Part shown: positions 1 through 9,966 of the stretch, piece after piece | Layout of the letters: each line of letters starts with the position of its first letter | Position numbering within the stretch: the stretch's first letter is position 1 | Assembly (NCBI GenBank): GCA_964419605.1 | Contig: CAYQQM010000001.1 | Coordinates: 51,620-115,619, forward strand | DNA from: an uncultured Kofleriaceae bacterium | GTDB taxonomy: Bacteria > Myxococcota_A > Polyangia > Haliangiales > Haliangiaceae | Length of the DNA: 64,000 bases | Direction of reading: 5' to 3' | Position numbers and translations under genes: made by a program | Notes under the pieces: model-generated | Databases searched by the model: none | Told to the model about the DNA's origin: nothing | Seen by the model: the letters and a program-made list of their open reading frames with translations, nothing else

Positions 1-1155
1 ATACTCGCGCAAACGTCGAGTTTCGCCGAGCGATGCCTGGGTGATGTGAACATAGGCGGGATCGAGAACAATCGAGTGCTCGGCGACGAGCTGATGGTCT
101 GTAACGATTCCGCTGCGAGCCAAATCGGCGAGTACGCGGGCACGCATCTCGTCGAGCTCCACGCTCGCGGCACCAGGCACGCCCACTTCGACGTAAAGGC
201 TCATTCGATCGCCCGCTGCGATGTTGTCGTACCAGCCAACGCGATAAAACGAGACCGACGGGTCGGGGAAGTACATCCAATGAACGTCGGTCGCACCTTT
301 GCGATCAAAGCCCAGGTTCCACACCAAGACCTTGTTCGAGGAGAACACCGGTGCGTGCGAAACTCTAGCGAGCCGCGCCAGCGCAGGCAGCGGCGCCGAG
401 CTAACGATGCGGCGGTATGCGATCGTTCGCTTCGGCGTGGTAACGGTGTGCTGCGCCAAATCGATGGCAGTGACCGGCTCACCACACGCCACCACCCCGG
501 ACTTCAAGTCGCGCATCAGCGCGTGGATGTATTCAATCGCTCCGCCAGCTGGATAGGTAAACGTTGCATTGTAACCCGCTGCGCGGCGCTCGGGTCGCAT
601 GTTCGCGATGACATCGGCGAACTCCACGTGGGGAAAGAACCGCCCCATGGCGTCGACATCGAGCTCATCGATGCGAGTTGCGTAGAGCTTCTCGTTGTAC
701 GGGCGCAGGAATTTGTCGGTGATCGCCTTGCCGAGTCGCTGGTACAACATGTCGCCAAAGGACGTGGGCGGCCCGCCTTGCGGACGAAAGTACAGGTCGA
801 CCAAACACTCGAGAAATTCGCTTTGCGGCAGCTGATGGATGTGGCTCTGAAACGGAAAGTCGATATCGAGCCCGGCGTAGCGTATTTTGGCCACGCGCTC
901 GACGGTGCGGGGAGGCTCGCGCATTCGGTCGCGCAGCCATGCTTCCATCGACGGATCCTTAAAGTGAAAAAAGTGGCCGGAGTAATCCCACACAAAACCC
1001 GCGCGGAATACGGTCTTGCAGTAACCGCCTGGGGTGGGCTCGGCCTCGAGCACCACGACCCGTTCTGATGGCCGATGTTCGCGCCACCAATTCGCAAAGC
1101 TTAATCCCGACACCCCGGCGCCGATCACCACGACATCGGCTGCCTCAGTGGCCAC
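1..1155 (-). CDS. FAD/NAD(P)-binding oxidoreductase (amine-oxidase / UDP-galactopyranose-mutase-like fold); 3' end lies outside the window
   Basis: This frame is open from 1155 to the window edge, which is why it is absent from the ORF track. My translation starts [24 protein letters not shown] (GxGxxG) and continues ...[12 protein letters not shown]...[10 protein letters not shown]...YPAGGAIEY. The GTG start overlaps the stop of the upstream gene by 11 nt. Confidence 0.7.
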   Translation of the reverse strand, partial: MATEAADVVVIGAGVSGLSFANWWREHRPSERVVVLEAEPTPGGYCKTVFRAGFVWDYSGHFFHFKDPSMEAWLRDRMREPPRTVERVAKIRYAGLDIDFPFQSHIHQLPQSEFLECLVDLYFRPQGGPPTSFGDMLYQRLGKAITDKFLRPYNEKLYATRIDELDVDAMGRFFPHVEFADVIANMRPERRAAGYNATFTYPAGGAIEYIHALMRDLKSGVVACGEPVTAIDLAQHTVTTPKRTIAYRRIVSSAPLPALARLARVSHAPVFSSNKVLVWNLGFDRKGATDVHWMYFPDPSVSFYRVGWYDNIAAGDRMSLYVEVGVPGAASVELDEMRARVLADLARSGIVTDHQLVAEHSIVLDPAYVHITQASLGETRRLREY

Positions 1156-2827
1156 GCAGTTTCCCAAGCTCGTTGGTGAAGATGCGGCGCAGAATGGCAA
1201 TCGCGCAACCGTAGGTGCTTTCCATGCCGAAATACGACAGCGACTTTGACAGCAGGCTCTGACGTCTCGAGTACGGCGTATCCGAGGCGTAGTGAATGAC
1301 GCCGAGCTCGAACGGCGCGCCCTCGACGAGCGACACGATTTCATCTTTGGGATGCCGCTTGGGCTCGGCGATTTCATAACTGGCAGACAGGTACGGCCCC
1401 GCCTCCATTTCCATCACGGTGTATCCCTCGCGATAAAATACGTCCATGTAGTCGCGATTCTGCAGGAACGCCGAGCGCACAGTGAGCGCTTTCTGGTTGT
1501 CGAGTACGGTGCCGTGCCGCATAAACGGCGCCACATCGGCCGCGGTCAGCGCGTTGCGAATCAAGTACGTATTAGACGAGTGCTCGTCGTGAATGACTTT
1601 GGAAATCATCACGTCCCCTACCCTGCCGTTCAGCGTGGCTGCCTTGCCCATGATGTAAATGCCGACGAGGTCGTCCACGCCTAGCGCAACCGCCGACAGA
1701 TGGTGAAATGCCGCCATCCCGAGCGGATAGTCGATATTCACGATCAGCGCCTTGGAGTGAGCAAGTTCCTCCACACCGGGCACGCAGATGCGCGGGTCGA
1801 GATTGGCGACGCGAAGCTTGCCGAGATCGATGACTTGAGCGTCGACGTCGATTCGACCAGGAGACATGATCGAACGAATCCCGGCATCGAGGTCGAATTG
1901 CTGTACCGTGTTCAGCCGGCCGACGCTCTGCCCCGGCTCGTGAATATAGGCGCGCAGCGCGTAGTACAAAATGTTGGTCGCGAGCGATGCATCACCCGCC
2001 GCGTGGGCCCGTTCGTACGTAGGCGCCAAGTCCTCAAAATTTCGACGGCGAAGAAACTCAACGATCTCGTCGCGATGAATTCGAGCATAGCCACCGAGCA
2101 GGTTGGCGAGAGAGTGGCTATTCGACGACACGAAATAGATCGGCCGCCCAGAATCGATACTAGGTGCAATCGCGTTCCACCACCGCAACGCTTGACGCTG
2201 ATATTCGCGCAGCGAACCATCGAGGAGCCGCACCGAGACGTCGCATTCGTGAACCAGCATGTCGCGCAGCACATCGTTGGATTGCGTTCCGAGCGCTGCT
2301 CGCAAGCGCGCAATGCCGGCGTGGTCGGTTCCAAGCGCCGCCGCAACCCCGCTGTCGTCGGCGACGTCCCTCACTCGACTCATCGCCAGTCGCTCGCGAA
2401 TCTTGTTCCACTCGATCTGGTACGCGGTGACCGTGGGAATCAGATCGTCGATATCGGAACCCGATGAGATGTATACGGCGAGCGTCTGCGCACCGTCCCA
2501 GCGCAAAGGCCGCCTACGCCCCCGGGTGCGCACCATCTGCCACGACTCGATCGGGTACCCCGCGCTGGCAAATTGCGCCACGCTTTGCCCCAGCACGATT
2601 CGACGCACCTGGGGCATGCAATCGGGAAGTCGAGCCGCGGAATACGCGAACGCCGCCAGATCTGGCTCCGACTGCTCGGCGCCGAGGTGCAAGCTCGAAC
2701 GTGAAAACAGGTGCGCCTCTTCAAATGCCCGAACCCGCACGTCGCCGCTTGAGCGCAATAGCGAGTACATCGTTCGGATATAGAGGTCGATTTCGTCACT
2801 GGTCGCGCGGGGTGGCTGGCGGTCCAC
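1145..2827 (-). CDS. Conserved hypothetical protein with a C-terminal nucleoside-phosphorylase-like (PNP_UDP_1-type) domain
   Basis: 560-aa ORF. The C-terminal half ([13 protein letters not shown]...[12 protein letters not shown]...[12 protein letters not shown]...[10 protein letters not shown]) resembles the phosphorylase superfamily. I do not recognise the N-terminal half. Confidence 0.6.
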   Translation of the reverse strand: MDRQPPRATSDEIDLYIRTMYSLLRSSGDVRVRAFEEAHLFSRSSLHLGAEQSEPDLAAFAYSAARLPDCMPQVRRIVLGQSVAQFASAGYPIESWQMVRTRGRRRPLRWDGAQTLAVYISSGSDIDDLIPTVTAYQIEWNKIRERLAMSRVRDVADDSGVAAALGTDHAGIARLRAALGTQSNDVLRDMLVHECDVSVRLLDGSLREYQRQALRWWNAIAPSIDSGRPIYFVSSNSHSLANLLGGYARIHRDEIVEFLRRRNFEDLAPTYERAHAAGDASLATNILYYALRAYIHEPGQSVGRLNTVQQFDLDAGIRSIMSPGRIDVDAQVIDLGKLRVANLDPRICVPGVEELAHSKALIVNIDYPLGMAAFHHLSAVALGVDDLVGIYIMGKAATLNGRVGDVMISKVIHDEHSSNTYLIRNALTAADVAPFMRHGTVLDNQKALTVRSAFLQNRDYMDVFYREGYTVMEMEAGPYLSASYEIAEPKRHPKDEIVSLVEGAPFELGVIHYASDTPYSRRQSLLSKSLSYFGMESTYGCAIAILRRIFTNELGKLRGH

Positions 2828-2927
2828 CCCTATAGGGTAGCACTGCGCTCGTGCCGATCACCTGGTGGCCGAAGCGCTTTCCCTGGCGCCCAGTTAGTGC
2901 TAACCAAGGGGTCCTAACGAGGTACCC

Positions 2928-3146
2928 TTGAGCAAGGAAGAGCTAGTTCATCTCGATGGCGAAGTCATTTTGATCGCGAAAGGCGGAAACTTTCGGGTCA
3001 AACTGGACAATGGCCACGAGGTCTTGGCCAAGCTCGCTGGCAAGGTGCGCCGGCATCGAATCCGCGTCGTGTTGGGTGATCGCGTGACCGTGGCCGTTTC
3101 GCCCTACGATCCGACCCGCGGCTTTATCGTTTACCGTCAGCGTTAG
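2928..3146 (+). CDS. infA: Translation initiation factor IF-1
   Basis: 72 aa. (M)SKEELVHLDGEVILIAKGGNFRVKLDNGHEVLAKLAGKVRRHRIRVVLGDRVTVAVSPYDPTRGFIVYRQR is a full-length IF-1 S1-like fold sequence. TTG start, with GAGG 5 nt upstream. Confidence 0.95.
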   Translation: MSKEELVHLDGEVILIAKGGNFRVKLDNGHEVLAKLAGKVRRHRIRVVLGDRVTVAVSPYDPTRGFIVYRQR

Positions 3147-3159
3147 GCGGCCTTAGGCA

Positions 3160-4332
3160 CTACTTGTGCCAGTCACAGCCCAGCTCATCTGCGGCAATGT
3201 GACAGCGTAAGCACATGCGGCGGTTGCCTCGATCCAACGCGCGACATCGCACGCTGCCCCGCCAGTTGGCGGGATGGGGCGATATGCGCAGCGCGCCAAC
3301 TTCGGCGGAGTGGCAGCGCACGCAGTCTTCCTCGCGGTGGCACGACGCACAAGCAGCGATATTGCGCTGCGCTTCGCGCCCATGCGCGTTGGCCCCCATC
3401 CCCGACGCTGCCCAACCCGCAGGGTGAAACTGCGCCTCCGTGCGACTGGAATCAAAGCCCCGGTCGCCGCGGGTGCCGAGTCCAGATCGCTCGTGGCATC
3501 CGACGCAAAACGACTCCGCTCGGTGACATGCTGAGCAGTCGGGGTTGCCCCGACGCGCTTCGACAGCGTGGGTCAAAAGGTAGTTGCCGGGGTGAAACTC
3601 CATCGGCTTGATCACGCCTTGATGACACGCCACGCATTCGGATCGATCGTGACAGGCGGTACAGGTGGCGCCGATTTCACGCGCCGGGCGCTTGTGATCG
3701 GTCCCAAACCCCGGTTCGTGTGCTTCGCCAGAGGCGCTGCCGGACGGTACGAGCCGGCCGTGCGCGAACTGAGTTTCGAGCAGACCGCCAAGCGTGGCGA
3801 GATGGCACTTCGCGCACTGGCGTTCCTGGCCGCCGTTCTGGTGGCAGGTAAGGCACAGCGCCATGGTGGGAAGCTGGCGCGTCGTTGCAAGGTCGACCGC
3901 GCGCACGTTTGGATGGCAACTCTCACAGCTGATCCCAGTGTGCTCGGCGTGAGCGAACTTGAGCGGAGGTGGTGTAATGTAGGTTCTCTCGACAACGCGA
4001 TCCCGCTGCCAGCCGGGATGACATCCCACACAGGCTGCCACCGGGGTAGAAGGCTTCTCCGGATCGCTGCGATCGATCGCGTGGCACGTTCGGCACTGCA
4101 CTTCTGTGGGCAATAGGTTATCGACCGCCGATTGCGAGGCGAGTGCCCTGGGATGACAAGTACCGCAAGCCGCTCCGCGCGCCAGATGCTTGGCGTGCGA
4201 AAATACCAGCGGCAAGCGCTGAAGTGGATACACAACGGGCGACCACGCTGGACCGCGAACCGGATCGCTCGGCTGGGCCGACGCGCTCGCGATCGAAGCG
4301 ATCACAATCATCGATGCGAGGCGGCGCATCAT
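3160..4332 (-). CDS. Secreted multiheme c-type cytochrome (13 CxxCH motifs)
   Basis: Signal peptide MMRRLASMIVIASIASASA. I count 13 CxxCH motifs: CGTCH, CRTCH, CVGCH, CESCH, CLTCH, CAKCH, CTACH, CVACH, CSACH, CVGCH, CASCH, CVRCH, CLRCH. Confidence 0.9.
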   Translation of the reverse strand: MMRRLASMIVIASIASASAQPSDPVRGPAWSPVVYPLQRLPLVFSHAKHLARGAACGTCHPRALASQSAVDNLLPTEVQCRTCHAIDRSDPEKPSTPVAACVGCHPGWQRDRVVERTYITPPPLKFAHAEHTGISCESCHPNVRAVDLATTRQLPTMALCLTCHQNGGQERQCAKCHLATLGGLLETQFAHGRLVPSGSASGEAHEPGFGTDHKRPAREIGATCTACHDRSECVACHQGVIKPMEFHPGNYLLTHAVEARRGNPDCSACHRAESFCVGCHERSGLGTRGDRGFDSSRTEAQFHPAGWAASGMGANAHGREAQRNIAACASCHREEDCVRCHSAEVGALRISPHPANWRGSVRCRALDRGNRRMCLRCHIAADELGCDWHK

Positions 4333-5993
4333 GGTTCCGGCGCAAACCCTAGATCAAAGATGACGACCGCGCGGGTTTGGAAGCCGTGAACCGCATCGCG
4401 ATCGGCCTCGAGCACCGCGTGCAGCGCTACCGCATCGGCAGCGCGCCACGTCGTGCTAACGACGGCCGAACTCGTGACGTACGCACGTGCGCCGCGACCC
4501 GCCATCGCGTCCGGATCGACCCCAAGTACGATCAGCCGACCGCGCAGCCACAGCTCCTGGTCTCGCTGCCACGCTGCCTGGGCCGTGCCACCGATTCTTC
4601 GCCCACCCCACCCGTCGTCCCACAATGCGTCGACGCGACCGCGCAGCGCGCGGCCGAATAGTCGCTCGACCGCCATCGACCCACCGCCCGAAAACGCGGC
4701 CCCGACATCTGCGGGCGCGTACCGGCGCAACCAGAAGTCCGCAGCTCCACGCCACCCATCCGTACCGTCGAATCGGTATCCGAGTCGAGCATCCGTAGAT
4801 GGTTCGATCGAAAACACGTTGAAGATCGAATCGCCATCGAAGGTTGGAAAAAACGACGCGATTGCCGGCTCGACCGCGTGTCGACCGCGGCGCACGCGCA
4901 CGCCGGCCTCGGCCCGGTCGACCACTCCGTGCAGCAGTGAAAAGCGCGCTGCGCTATAGGGCTCGACGATGGCATAGGGGGTTGCAAACGCGGCGTGAAA
5001 TCGACCGTAGATCCGCTCCTCGTTAACACCGGACGCTGGGGCTTGACCGAATTCGTTCGGATACAAGCCGACATCTGGATAGTCGAGCCGGTCGACCGAT
5101 CCGATCCGACCGACAGATCGCGACCACGTTCGGCGGTACCCCACTTCCGCTCCCCAGTGCTTGCGATCGAGCGTTGCCAGGCTGATCCCGACCGTCGGCT
5201 GCAGCGCATTGCGCTGGGGGCAGTACTCGTAGTCGCTCGACAGAGTTCGGTTTTCGACCGCCCGGTTGCGATCGATCAACTGCCACGCCCCACCCCCGGG
5301 GACCGCGCTTTCCACGTACTCGCGGCATCCAGCGCCTGAGGTCCCATCGAGCTCATACGCCGAAACGCCCAGCGGCGAGCTCGCGCGCACGCGGAGACCC
5401 GCAAGTGCTGACAACGCGAATGGCCCGCCGAGATCCACGCTGCCGCTCGCGCCATCGATCGCCGCTGTTGCCCAGCCATCGTCGACGACAACTCGCCCAA
5501 GCTTGGCCTTGACCCGGTCACCGCCGAGCCCGTCAATTTCGAGGAAGCCATACATGAGTTGGAGAGCTGCCACGGAATCGGCGAGCTCCGGGATCACGTC
5601 GATCGCATCGCGCCCCCCAAAGGGACTTCCTCCCGGGCGCCCCGCTGCCCCGGAACGCGCAATTTTTCCGCTCGTGAAGTCGCCAAAGTCGTGATCGACG
5701 CGAAGATAGCTGTGCCAAGAAACGCGCAGGCCGCGGTCCGGTAGGCGCGCTCGGCGACGACTGGCCGAAAAGTCCCCCACATCAAAGATGCGCAAGGCAA
5801 GCGTGTGGGTGATGCGACGGCGACTCAAGAATAGATCCGGACCCACCAACCGAAACCCGCGCAGCTGATACGCCTGGCCGTACGCCTGAGCGCGCAGCCA
5901 AAATTCGTATGCGTGCGACGGTGTGCTCGCCATCACGATCGCGCACGTGCAGGCACACGCGACCCAGGTCACAGCGGTCGAAGAATGCCGCAT
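4329..5993 (-). CDS. Secreted protein, probably an outer-membrane beta-barrel
   Basis: The ORF track gives 4329..6056. I prefer the internal ATG at 5993 (MRHSSTAVTWVACACTCAIVMASTPSHA is signal-like), which overlaps the upstream stop by 1 nt. Aromatic/Gly-rich alternating segments occur throughout. Its stop overlaps the cytochrome start (ATGA). Confidence 0.6.
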   Translation of the reverse strand: MRHSSTAVTWVACACTCAIVMASTPSHAYEFWLRAQAYGQAYQLRGFRLVGPDLFLSRRRITHTLALRIFDVGDFSASRRRARLPDRGLRVSWHSYLRVDHDFGDFTSGKIARSGAAGRPGGSPFGGRDAIDVIPELADSVAALQLMYGFLEIDGLGGDRVKAKLGRVVVDDGWATAAIDGASGSVDLGGPFALSALAGLRVRASSPLGVSAYELDGTSGAGCREYVESAVPGGGAWQLIDRNRAVENRTLSSDYEYCPQRNALQPTVGISLATLDRKHWGAEVGYRRTWSRSVGRIGSVDRLDYPDVGLYPNEFGQAPASGVNEERIYGRFHAAFATPYAIVEPYSAARFSLLHGVVDRAEAGVRVRRGRHAVEPAIASFFPTFDGDSIFNVFSIEPSTDARLGYRFDGTDGWRGAADFWLRRYAPADVGAAFSGGGSMAVERLFGRALRGRVDALWDDGWGGRRIGGTAQAAWQRDQELWLRGRLIVLGVDPDAMAGRGARAYVTSSAVVSTTWRAADAVALHAVLEADRDAVHGFQTRAVVIFDLGFAPEP

Positions 5994-7924
5994 CACCGCG
6001 AAACCGTCACTGCGGCGACGTCGACCATCGCTCCGTCGATGGCAGCAATGCCCCAACTCCCCCGCTCCGCACCGGCCATTTCACTCGAAAGGTCGCAACC
6101 CACGCGGATGACCGGCGGGGTACCGACCGAGACGGTAATCCGATCCGCCCGAACCACCAGCTGCAGCGGCGAAGCCAAGTCTTCGACCGTTATCATCGCG
6201 CCTGAGCAGAACACGGAGGACTTTGCCCCTTGCAACCGTTCCACCCGTGCCGGTTGCCCCACCACCAGCCGGGCCACGAGCGCACGCGACGGCGCTGTTT
6301 GCTGCGCGATCAGAGCCACCCCGCCCGGCGATGCTACGCGCACAAGCGCGGTCAACGTTCCGGTGGCCAGGCGTGGTCCTCCCACAAGCGCGCGGGCCGT
6401 CAGGTCGCCCGCGTCCAGCGTCGGCGAAATCAGCGTGAGCCGTCCCGATGCGCGCTGGACCGCCGAGGGGTTCGGCGTCGTGATGATCGCACCGCTGCCA
6501 TCCGGAAACGCAACCACCTGCCCCGAATGCGGTCCTACGAGCGATGGGCGAAACAACCAGGCATCGGCGGTGGGAATGCCGCCACGCGTTGCGCCGACAA
6601 CGAGGACCGAGCCATCATCGAGTCGAATCATCGACGGTGCTTTCCGATCTCCGGGACCTTCGCCGGGCGGTACAGCGGTGGTCCAGGCGTTCGTGGTTGG
6701 CACGTAGCGAGCGATTTGCGCGTCGCCGCCCATGGCAAACACGCTCCCGTCCTCGGCGGTGATCAACCGTGCGCCATCGAATGCGGGGGCGATCGCGATG
6801 GCTTGGGCGTCTCCTGCTTCAGGCGGAATGATGGAAGCGGAGCCGTCTTGTGGCACGGTGCCGTCGGGGTCAAAGGCGGTCAGCACGGCTCCCCCGTCGA
6901 GGGCTGCGGATTGCGAATACGCACCCAGCACCACGGTCGATGCATCGCCGGCGGAACCTGGGTCGTAGGGAAGTCGCACCGCCGAATGCGGATCAGGCCG
7001 GCCACCGGCGAGAACGATGGAGCGCTGGCCATCCGAGAGCTCGCCCACATCATACGCCGAGCTGCCGAACTGCGCGCTCGCTGCCGGTAGCGACGTTCTC
7101 GCGCGCCCATCGCCGACGATCTGCCCGGAAGCGTCGATCTGGTATTCCAGCGAGCTGCGCAGTGGCGTTGCCCCAGAATCGCACAGAGCGGCCGCAGACA
7201 AGCAGCCGCCCGCGACCAAGACGCGTTGGTCGCCGACCGCCACCGCCACATGCTCGAGCCGACGCGAGATCAGCGCCGGCGATGAAAATGCGCGGGTCTT
7301 CGGATCAAACACCGTAAGGGCCTGCCCCCCGGACACGACAACGCGTCCATCCGACAGCGTCGCAGCTGCGGCACCGGCGATCGCGCTCGGGTCGTCGGCG
7401 AGCACACTCGGCAAGGCCACCGCCGAAAACGTTCCCGTCGCCGGATCGTAGTACTCCGCCTCGGGCTCGGGGCCACCGCCGATCACCAGCACGCCGGATC
7501 CGGCTCGAGCTAGCAGCGGCTGAGCGCGCGGCATCGTCATGCTGTGAACGGGGCAAAACCCGTTCGGGGGCAGAACCGCAATCGGAATCGCGGACTGGTC
7601 GGCCAGTGCGCCATAGGCAAGCGGAGCGGACTTTCCGATCGCGAGCACCCCACCTCCCCCGAGAATCTCGACGCCGATCTGCTCGGTGTCCGAGGGAAAA
7701 TCAGCGATTTCGCTATCGGTACGCCGCACCTCGCCACTGCCGGTATATGCGATCACGCGTACCGCCGTGACACTCGCCGCGTCTACCTTGCCGCACGCAG
7801 TGCCGAGGTCGATCACCGCCACGTGAACGCGAGCCGCCGATTCGCCGCACGCGACAACCGACGCCAGGTATGCACCTCCCAGCAGCTGACCGACAAAGGC
7901 CCTTACCACCCCAAAATGGTACAC
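5993..7924 (-). CDS. Lipoprotein with Kelch/beta-propeller-like repeats
   Basis: 643 aa. Lipobox-like N-terminus ...GGAYLASVVAC. Recurrent motifs include VLVAGG, VVVSGGQALTVFDPKT, VLAGGRPDP and VFAMGGD. Confidence 0.6.
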   Translation of the reverse strand: MYHFGVVRAFVGQLLGGAYLASVVACGESAARVHVAVIDLGTACGKVDAASVTAVRVIAYTGSGEVRRTDSEIADFPSDTEQIGVEILGGGGVLAIGKSAPLAYGALADQSAIPIAVLPPNGFCPVHSMTMPRAQPLLARAGSGVLVIGGGPEPEAEYYDPATGTFSAVALPSVLADDPSAIAGAAAATLSDGRVVVSGGQALTVFDPKTRAFSSPALISRRLEHVAVAVGDQRVLVAGGCLSAAALCDSGATPLRSSLEYQIDASGQIVGDGRARTSLPAASAQFGSSAYDVGELSDGQRSIVLAGGRPDPHSAVRLPYDPGSAGDASTVVLGAYSQSAALDGGAVLTAFDPDGTVPQDGSASIIPPEAGDAQAIAIAPAFDGARLITAEDGSVFAMGGDAQIARYVPTTNAWTTAVPPGEGPGDRKAPSMIRLDDGSVLVVGATRGGIPTADAWLFRPSLVGPHSGQVVAFPDGSGAIITTPNPSAVQRASGRLTLISPTLDAGDLTARALVGGPRLATGTLTALVRVASPGGVALIAQQTAPSRALVARLVVGQPARVERLQGAKSSVFCSGAMITVEDLASPLQLVVRADRITVSVGTPPVIRVGCDLSSEMAGAERGSWGIAAIDGAMVDVAAVTVSR

Positions 7925-8027
7925 TTCTCAAGGGTTGGCAGGCCATCTCGCCGCCTGGCTCGTCACCGGGAGGCGATCCGCCAGTTCCCCATGCGAATGG
8001 GTGCAACGAGATGATACTCTGATCGAG

Positions 8028-9836
8028 ATGCCTGATGTCGAACGGGACGTGCCAGCGACGTTCGGCAAGTATTACCTAACGGAGAAGCTGGCCACCGGCG
8101 GAATGGCGGAGATCTATCTCGCCAAGATCATCGGTCCGAATGGATTCGAGAAACCGCTCGTCATCAAGCAAATCCATCCCGATCTCTCGGGCCAACGCCA
8201 GTTCGTCGACCTGTTCGTGGCGGAGGCCAAAACCCTCGTCACGCTCGCACACGGCAACATCGTTCCGGTCTACGAGCTAGGGGTTGTCGACGACACCTAT
8301 TTCATCGCGATGGACTATATCGATGGGCCAACCCTACATCGGCTCACTGAAATCATGATTCGCCGTCGCGATCCGATGAGTCCCGGAGTCGCCGCGTGGA
8401 TCGCGGCCCGCATCCTCGACGGTCTCGACTACGCGCACCGCAAAGGCGGCGTCATTCACCGCGACCTTTCCCCGCGCAATGTCATGTTGTCCCGGGACGG
8501 AGAGGTCAAACTGGTCGATTTCGGCATCGCAGTTGCGCTCAGCGACGCACAACCGGGTGTCGCAAGCCATGCAGCGCCAACGGGCTCATTTCCGTATATG
8601 TCGCCGGAGCAAGCGCGCCGCGAACCGCTTTCGCCGCAGACCGACTTGTTTTCAATGGGCGTGTTGCTGTGGGAAATGCTGGTCGGCCGCCGGCTGTTCG
8701 CGCGCAATTCTGCCGACGAGACCCTGAACGCCGTGCTCGAAGCGCCGATTCCAGCGCCGTCGCACGAACGCGCCGGCATCGCCTCGCGGCTCGACGAGGT
8801 CGTGATGCGGGCGCTGGAGCGAGATCGGGCTGCGCGATGGGCAAGCGCCAGCGACATGCTTACTTCGATTAATAAGTATTTGTATTCGCTGGATAATATC
8901 CCTGGGCCTCGAGACATCGCGGCATGGGTCGCGAAGCACTGTCCACCTACCACGCGCCGACTCCCTACAGACATTGAGGCGATGGGCCCAGAGGGTGAAG
9001 TAAGCTTCGATCGAAGCGGACCGGTGCAGCGGACGTCGGGCATGACTCCACATACCGCCGTCCTGCCGCGCGACAACGCAGCTCCGAAAGGCAAACAGGC
9101 GCACCGGCACCAAACGTTTGCAACCCATGTCGCGCTCACGGACCTGCTAAGACGCGCGGGGACGCAGGACGACAGCGCCATCACGGGTCCATCGACTGGC
9201 AATGAAACTCACGCCAGCTCCCAAGCAACCCCGGCACTCGGTCGGACACCCCGAAGGGAGTCCCCTTGGGGTGCGCCCGGGAACGCACTGCTTATCAGCG
9301 GCAGCCTGATCGGCTTTGCCCTTCTGGCCGCGGCAGTGTACGTGTTCTACCAGCGAAAAGACGACGTCCTCGCACAAAGCGCGGCCGCGTTCGATTCCGG
9401 CAAGTCGACCGCGTCGACGGGGCGCTCCGGTGAAACCCAAGCGTCGACTACGGGGTCGCTGGATGCCCCGCCGATCGCGCCTGTCCCCGCGAATGGTTCC
9501 AACGCGTCGAGCGCGGCCCCACCTATTCCAGGCCGCCGCGATGAACGAACGAGCCGACCGGTTGCGACCGCCACATCGATTCGAACCGGGCGCGCGGTCC
9601 CGTCAAAATCGTCCGGTCCAGTCGCCACACTCGTCGTAGGCGCAAACCCCTGGGGCGAAGTATTTGTCGACGGCGTTAAGCTGCCGCGCCACGCTCCATC
9701 CGATTTTGCCATCGCACCTGGGCGACACGAAATCCGGGTGGTCTTTCCGGCCGAGTCCCCGCCGCTAGTAAAAATCTGCGCCGTTGAAGTGGCGGCAGGT
9801 GAAACCAAGCGGTGCGACGCCGATTTTACAAAGTAA
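8028..9836 (+). CDS. Ser/Thr protein kinase with a TM segment and a C-terminal PEGA-like domain
   Basis: Hanks kinase motifs are present: GGMAEIYLAK, VIKQI, HRDLSPRNVML, DFGIA, YMSPEQ. TM segment ALLISGSLIGFALLAAAVYVF. The C-terminus ATLVVGANPWGEVFVDG...PGRHEIRVVFP is PEGA-like. Start set to the ATG at 8028; the track ORF begins at 7935. Confidence 0.9.
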   Translation: MPDVERDVPATFGKYYLTEKLATGGMAEIYLAKIIGPNGFEKPLVIKQIHPDLSGQRQFVDLFVAEAKTLVTLAHGNIVPVYELGVVDDTYFIAMDYIDGPTLHRLTEIMIRRRDPMSPGVAAWIAARILDGLDYAHRKGGVIHRDLSPRNVMLSRDGEVKLVDFGIAVALSDAQPGVASHAAPTGSFPYMSPEQARREPLSPQTDLFSMGVLLWEMLVGRRLFARNSADETLNAVLEAPIPAPSHERAGIASRLDEVVMRALERDRAARWASASDMLTSINKYLYSLDNIPGPRDIAAWVAKHCPPTTRRLPTDIEAMGPEGEVSFDRSGPVQRTSGMTPHTAVLPRDNAAPKGKQAHRHQTFATHVALTDLLRRAGTQDDSAITGPSTGNETHASSQATPALGRTPRRESPWGAPGNALLISGSLIGFALLAAAVYVFYQRKDDVLAQSAAAFDSGKSTASTGRSGETQASTTGSLDAPPIAPVPANGSNASSAAPPIPGRRDERTSRPVATATSIRTGRAVPSKSSGPVATLVVGANPWGEVFVDGVKLPRHAPSDFAIAPGRHEIRVVFPAESPPLVKICAVEVAAGETKRCDADFTK

Positions 9837-9966
9837 CGCGCTGTCGATCTCTGGTCCGTGCCAGATTGGCAGTGCGGTCGGTATAGTTGAAGCCTCGATC
9901 CCCTCGTGATATCGACGCATTGCCGGGGCGGGCGTTCGGCCTTGGCCTTGCATTCGAAAGCTGCGC

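Noticed and set aside
46-1068. 340-aa plus-strand ORF, plus several 85-193-aa ORFs in the first 1.1 kb
   Set aside because: It is antisense or out of frame relative to a much more protein-like minus-strand frame with a GxGxxG FAD-binding N-terminus. Its Arg/His/Val-rich composition is typical of spurious ORFs in high-GC DNA.
2828-2837. Third occurrence of the CCTATAGG palindrome (CCCTATAGGG), just upstream of the 560-aa gene
   Set aside because: A single 8-mer match far from the HigBA-like cassette is compatible with chance. There is no second copy or TA gene nearby.
7935-8027. N-terminal extension of the kinase ORF
   Set aside because: The extra 31 residues (MAGHLAAWLVTGRRSASSPCEWVQRDDTLIE) precede a good ATG that is followed directly by the kinase domain. 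They begin only 11 nt from the divergent upstream gene.
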